From the human T2T-CHM13v2.0 reference genome, Homo sapiens: DNA of 64,000 nucleotides. Position numbers and translations under genes: made by a program. The DNA lies in NCBI RefSeq assembly GCF_009914755.1, contig NC_060941.1; one strand, given 5' to 3'. Positions 54,544-64,000 of the stretch are shown here, one piece after another. The notes beneath the pieces are model-generated. The model had not been told where the DNA came from. It made no database searches and was given only the letters and a program-made list of their open reading frames with translations. Each line of letters opens with the position of its first letter. Within the stretch, counting starts at the first letter, position 1.

Positions 54544-55400
54544 AATCATTTTGTCTGTTTTCAAACTGAAAAGCTCATGGGCTTCATTTTAAACTTTTCA
54601 TTGAAATATGATATATTCATATATAACTGATATGAACAAAGTATCTAATTAGTACTTTTTAATCATTTGTAATTGGTGAATGTTTCCATTTAATAATTAT
54701 CCAGATCAAGAAATATCAGGATGCCATAATGCCAGAAGCTGCTCCCTTTATGCTCCAGTTAGTAAATATCATCCATAAAGGTAACTGCTGTTCTGATTTC
54801 TATCACTACACCATCAGTGTAGCCTGTTCTTGGACTTTCTAATTTCTTGAGAGCAAATACATGATGTACCTAGGTGTGATTTTCTTTGCATTTCGCCTGA
54901 TACAGTATTTGTGGAGCTTCTTAAATCTGTGGAGTGATGTCTGCGATCATATTTGAAAAATCATCAGCCAGTATTCTTCAAATATTACAACTGTTTCACT
55001 TTTTCCTCTTCATGTGAGGCCCCAGGTACATACACATTAAACTTCTAATCTTGTCCTTAAGTCTCTTTTTTCTGTTCTCTTCTCTGATTCACTTTTCTGC
55101 TATTGAAAATCTTCCAGTTCAATGATTCGCTTTTCTGCTACTGAAAATCTACTTTTCAAAATGTTATTATATATAATTTAAATTTTTTGTTGTATATATA
55201 GTTTCCTGTTCTCCAATAAAATTATTCATATTTTCTCTATTTCCTGAAATATTTATTTTTTAGACTCCTGTCTAATCTCCAATTTCAAGATTACTTATTA
55301 TCTTATTTCACTTGGGAAAGGGGTTTCATCTTTCCATCCTTTCTCGGCATGTCTAGCGATTTTTGTTGAATGTCAACCATTGAATATAAATAATTGTAGA
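54544..55400 (-). mobile_element. Old L1ME/HAL1-like fragments
   Basis: ccagatcaagaaata...ccagaagc...aaaggtaactgctgttctgatttc (3' UTR) and gatgtacctaggtgtgattttcttt (ORF1 reversed). Confidence 0.55.
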
Positions 55401-55412
55401 GCATCAGGATAA

Positions 55413-55416
<4 letters not shown>

Positions 55417-55447
<31 letters not shown>
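55417..55447 (+). repeat. (CT)n microsatellite
   Basis: Direct reading. Confidence 0.95.
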
Positions 55448-55450
<3 letters not shown>

Positions 55451-55864
55451 TATCTAAACTAGTCTGGAAGACAAGGGATATGAAAGCATGGGAGAATTTG
55501 TTAACGGACCAAGAATGGAAATGAGATATATCAACTTCATCTACACTAAATTAGCCAAAACTTCACAAATTCTGAAAAATGGTTTACGCCAAGGAGGGAA
55601 GGGAAATGTTTTGGGCAACAACTAGACAGTCTCTGCCACAATGACAAAAGAGAGTTCTAGACACTTGACTATACTAAATCATCCATTCCACATACATTTC
55701 GAGATGATAATTTCCTTTTGAATCTTAACATATACTATATTTTCATTCCCTGATATTTGGATACTATCTTTATATAGACAAAGTATTTCCTACTAAGGAA
55801 AATACTTCAGAAGAAAGAGAGCAAGTTCCTCAATAAATTTGTATATTTTTTATTTTCTTTTTAT

Positions 55865-55980
55865 TTTTTATTAATTTTTAACTGATAAAAATTACATATA
55901 TTTACTGAGCATAACATGTTTTGAATATGCATACATTGTGGAATAGCTAAATCAAGCTAATTAACATATGCATTATCTCT
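55865..55980 (-). mobile_element. L1MA 3'-terminal fragment
   Basis: atacattgtggaatagctaaatcaagctaattaacatatgcatta. Confidence 0.75.
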
Positions 55981-56604
55981 TTTAAGTCTTTCATATCATG
56001 TTATATATTTCTGGCCTCAGAGTAGTCACTTACTAATTGCTGGCTAAGTTATTTTAACGATTGGATTGTGTAATGTGTTGTTTTATATGAGTTATTCATT
56101 CAGAAAATATTTTTATATGTAGACATTTATATCCATATGGTGTTACCTAGCTAGAAAAGCAGAGATTATTAATAATTCAAGCTTTAAAAAAAGACTAGGA
56201 AAACACTATGGTAAGAGACTGAATTATTCAGCTTGGTTTCTACGATGACCTGATTCACAGCTTTTATTATTGCACTTTTCCTATGTTGACATTGTCTAAC
56301 CCCCTCATCTATTTTGGCTCATCAAATATTTGCATGTGTATCGAAAAAGACTACAGGTTATTAGAATTTAAAATAATTGAGATAATTTGGGTTGGTTATT
56401 ATTATAATATCTGCTTAGTGAATCTGTTCTGAGAACAACACATGGTTTCAGTAACTCATGAAACAAACCTCAAGGTGTTATAAATAAATCAATAAAACTT
56501 TTTAGTGTTTCATGAAGGTTTTTTTTCACCCAAAACTATATTCTTAAGAACATTCTTAAGTGAAAAATGAAAAGAGTTTCTCTAATGAAGGCATATTTTA
56601 TTCC

Positions 56605-57143
56605 ATCATGCCACCAGTTTGATCTACCTAATACATAAATTTGATCATGTTACTACTTCTCTTCATAAAATCTTTCAGGGGCTTCCTGTGATTACAGGAT
56701 GACAGGAGACCTCTATAATCCTGTCTTCTAACATCTGTGCCTTCAATGTCATATTGCAACAGTATTGCGTTTCTTAGATTCAGAATAGGATATTATGTTG
56801 AATATCTCTGCTATTATTTGTGCTGTTCTATTCAAAATTCCTTTTCTTCTTGACATACTTTCTAATTCCTATTGATCTTTTACAGCATAAATGCTATTTT
56901 TCTACAAAAGCTTTATATTATCCCTCTCCTCACATAGTCTAAATAATGTTTTTTTCATGTATATTCCAAGTGCAGCATATTATATTGTTTAGTACTTATT
57001 TTCTAATGTATATCACTGTACTTTTGGACTATAAACTCTTAGATGAAAACAGAGGATTATTAATTTATTACATGTAATCCATAGTGACACTCCCAATATA
57101 TAGCAGGTGCTCATTTAATGTTATTTATTGAGTTAAACTGAAC
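56605..57143 (+). mobile_element. L2 3' portion
   Basis: aaatttgatcatgttactac...ggcttcctg...ttggactataaactctt...tagcaggtgctcatttaatg...ttgagttaaactgaact. Confidence 0.65.
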
Positions 57144-57648
57144 TAATAAAAACATAATGTGTCACAGGAAAAGAAATACCATTGGCTGTTACAATTATTA
57201 TTGAAATTTATATTTGGATAAATTCAGTACAAATCCATTAAATATCCAAATATTGCCAAGGCCCATATACCTATTGCTTAATAGACATCAGTAGTCATAA
57301 CTTGGACCCTGACTTCCAGAATCAACAGCAACTCTTTGGCAAAATTATCTTTGAACCATGTTCCTCTGGGACAAATTTGCTTGAGGCCTGAAACCATAAT
57401 AGTTAAAAGTTCTCTTCATTAATCTGAATAACAAATGCCACTATGTATTGACCAACTCTTTTAGTTTAAACTGTCAGAAAGCAAAATAAGGCACAGTTAT
57501 CTGTTATGGGCAAAACTCATTGCATAAAACCAGCAGAAAGGCAGATGCCTAAAATGTCTTACTCTTTAGAAAGAGACATATAATATTTTCACACATACTT
57601 CACTGTTATACTTTTTAAAGGTATCAAGTTACCATTTGACAATTACTA

Positions 57649-58006
57649 GTGTCTTAGCCATAAATAATCTAGTTTGTTTGGTAGTACCAATTAACCCTGA
57701 AATATCAGTGACTTCACACGTGAACTTTATTTCTGATTCATGCTGTATATGTGACTCAATCTGCAGAGTGCTTACTCCACATAGTCCCTTAGGACCTGAG
57801 CTGATGGGTGCTTCACCAAGAGGAACGTTGTTGAATGACAAAGGAAGAAAGATCATACGTGGAATTCTCATACTGCTTTAATATTGTTTGACACAGATGG
57901 GACATACTTTACTTCTACTCACAGCAATTGGCCAGAGGTAGTGAGAGGAAACTAAGGAATCTCAGGGAATATATGAAATAAACAGATCATTACTATAGAT
58001 GCCATA
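57649..58006 (-). mobile_element. MaLR solo LTR (MLT1J-like)
   Basis: aaccctgaaatatcagtgactt...tttatttctgattcatgct...aggacctgagctgatgg...acttctactcacagcaattggccagag. Confidence 0.65.
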
Positions 58007-58209
58007 ATTATCAAACAAGCTTTCTGGAGCAATAACTTGTATTTTAGTGCACCTCTTTAGTCTACAAAGGTTACTTAATATGTACATCCCACCTTGTGCT
58101 ATAAATAATCAACACATAGGTACAAGGAAACCTGATTCAATAAAAGAAACACTGGAATTAAAGTTCTAATATCTTTGTGAATCAAAATGTAATTCATTAA
58201 GAAATCTTT

Positions 58210-58340
58210 AAGTAGCGTGAAATGTGGAATAAAAAAAGATTTAGGATTCAGACAGACTTGGATTCAAAGAGAGTATATTTAAGTAAACTGGGACAAATAG
58301 TTAAATCTCTCTAGGCCTCAACATCTTAATCAGTAACATA
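58210..58340 (+). mobile_element. MIR fragment
   Basis: ttcagacagacttggattcaaa...tagttaaatctctctaggcctca. Confidence 0.6.
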
Positions 58341-58830
58341 AAGGTCTTTTTACTTATATTCTCAGAAATAAAGGAGGGGACACACAGTGCCTGGGAAAAT
58401 ATTGTAGAAATGAAACAAACAAAAGAGATATTGCATATTGCCACTTACAACTTTGTGTCCTTTGATTATTCAAAAATATCATTAACCAAATGTGATGATG
58501 TCCTCCAGTGAATATACGGACTAGGGAGGAAGAAAGGCAACATATTCTGCCCAAATGAATACACTACAATGTGACAAGTGCCCCAGAAGGGGTGCATGTA
58601 TGCTGCTTTTAAAATCCAGAAGTAGGAGAAGAATGAGCACTTGAGATAAAGGGAAGGTCAGGAACACTTAGATAAAGAATATAAGTAGAACGCATAGAGA
58701 TGAGAAACAGGCTTAATAATTCATAACACATCAAAGTGATACATTAAATGTGATGCTGTATTTAAAGTGCTCAGAAGAGTGTTTGGTCCAGGGCTAGCAT
58801 TCAACATATGATAGTTACGATACTCTTGTA

Positions 58831-62878
<4,048 letters not shown>

Positions 62879-64000
62879 CACTTTCAGTTTTTTGAGTTAC
62901 CCTCAGTTTCCGTGCTTTTTCTGTTTATGTGTGGACATCTTCTCAAAACAGTTTATAACCATTTGTGTGTGTGTACCCTTGTTCAACTTCGCTTTTCATT
63001 CTCCATGAGTTCCATATTTCCTGAATTACCAAAGCATTTAAGCAGAGTGGATTTTGTTAGGGATCTCAGGAATTTCAATGCACTATTAAATTTTATGTTT
63101 TAGTTTGGGGCTCTTAAACTTGTAGGTAGTATAAATTAAGACTCCATACCTACATACATTGAATGCCTGGGCTTTTCATATTTACTTTCCTGCCCAAAGT
63201 CCACACAAAAGAAAAGCTTTTTAATTGTTTCCTTTGCTGAAAGATTGGATGAGATTTTTAGTTCATAAGGATAGACAGAATTGTGGGGCTTCAGGTTTAG
63301 GCAGGGAGAAAAGTTCTAGTTTCCTGTCTAAATTTCATCCATAATTATATCCTTAGAATCTCTTCCTTGTCTAAATATCTCATAGGTCTTCAATTTATCA
63401 GCCTATCTACCATTGTGATTTTATTTATTTCAAGTACCTCAGGGATTTGTCTCTTTCATCTGCCTCGGTTGCACATTTTAAATGTTATCAAGCATCGTTT
63501 TTGTGTGTTTACAGTTAACTATGTGAGCAGAGTTGGCCATGTCACCTGAGTCTAATCATTGGTTTGAAGTACAAAGAATTTAGTTATAAGTAGTAATGGG
63601 CATAAGGTATAGAACTGTGGATGATGAAAAACTATCCCTCTCTATTTCTAGGTAAGCAAACCAAAATATACACCTTGTTTTAAGTGGCTTATTATTTATA
63701 TATTATACAATATAAAGACTCTGCTTTTCTTGTGTCGGGTATCCAGATATGTTATTCTAATATATTAGATGAATATTCAAAGCTTCTAGGAAGGGCATTT
63801 TACATTTCTATTGTGAAATATGAAGAGCTGTTGGACTTATTGAGTGAAAAGTAAAACCCATCCAAATGTGTCTCTAATTAAATAGTTTTGCATTATTAAT
63901 CTGGTAGAGTTTAAACTTTTGTTTTAAAATAGGTTTTGAGCTTTAAAATTCCCTCAGCAAAAAAAAAAAAAGCCACTGCAAGGATAATTCTGAACTTTCT

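Overview
This is primate (human-like) nuclear DNA, AT-rich and apparently intergenic or deep intronic. Most of it is interspersed repeat. It holds a near full-length L1PB3-like LINE-1 carrying three Alus, a 12-kb five-level nest of L1/LTR elements, an L1PA7-like element with its 5' end intact but its 3' end missing, and old L1ME, L2 and MIR relics. There are also 12 Alu copies, several ERV1/MaLR solo LTRs, an ERVL integrase fossil, MER2/MER6/MER58 DNA-transposon relics and many microsatellites. I recognise no host protein-coding exon, RNA gene or CRISPR array. Most ORFs in the supplied track are L1/Alu fragments or chance ORFs. I found no supportable new gene-level biological system. The most interesting signals are mutational scars: templated insertions, fold-back palindromes, an internal inversion in an L1, a twice-used Alu target site and a ~30-bp micro-Alu. 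A few non-repeat islands look regulatory, especially ~35.3-36.2 kb. Subfamily names come from my recall of consensus sequences, and boundaries are approximate, so confirm them with RepeatMasker/Dfam.
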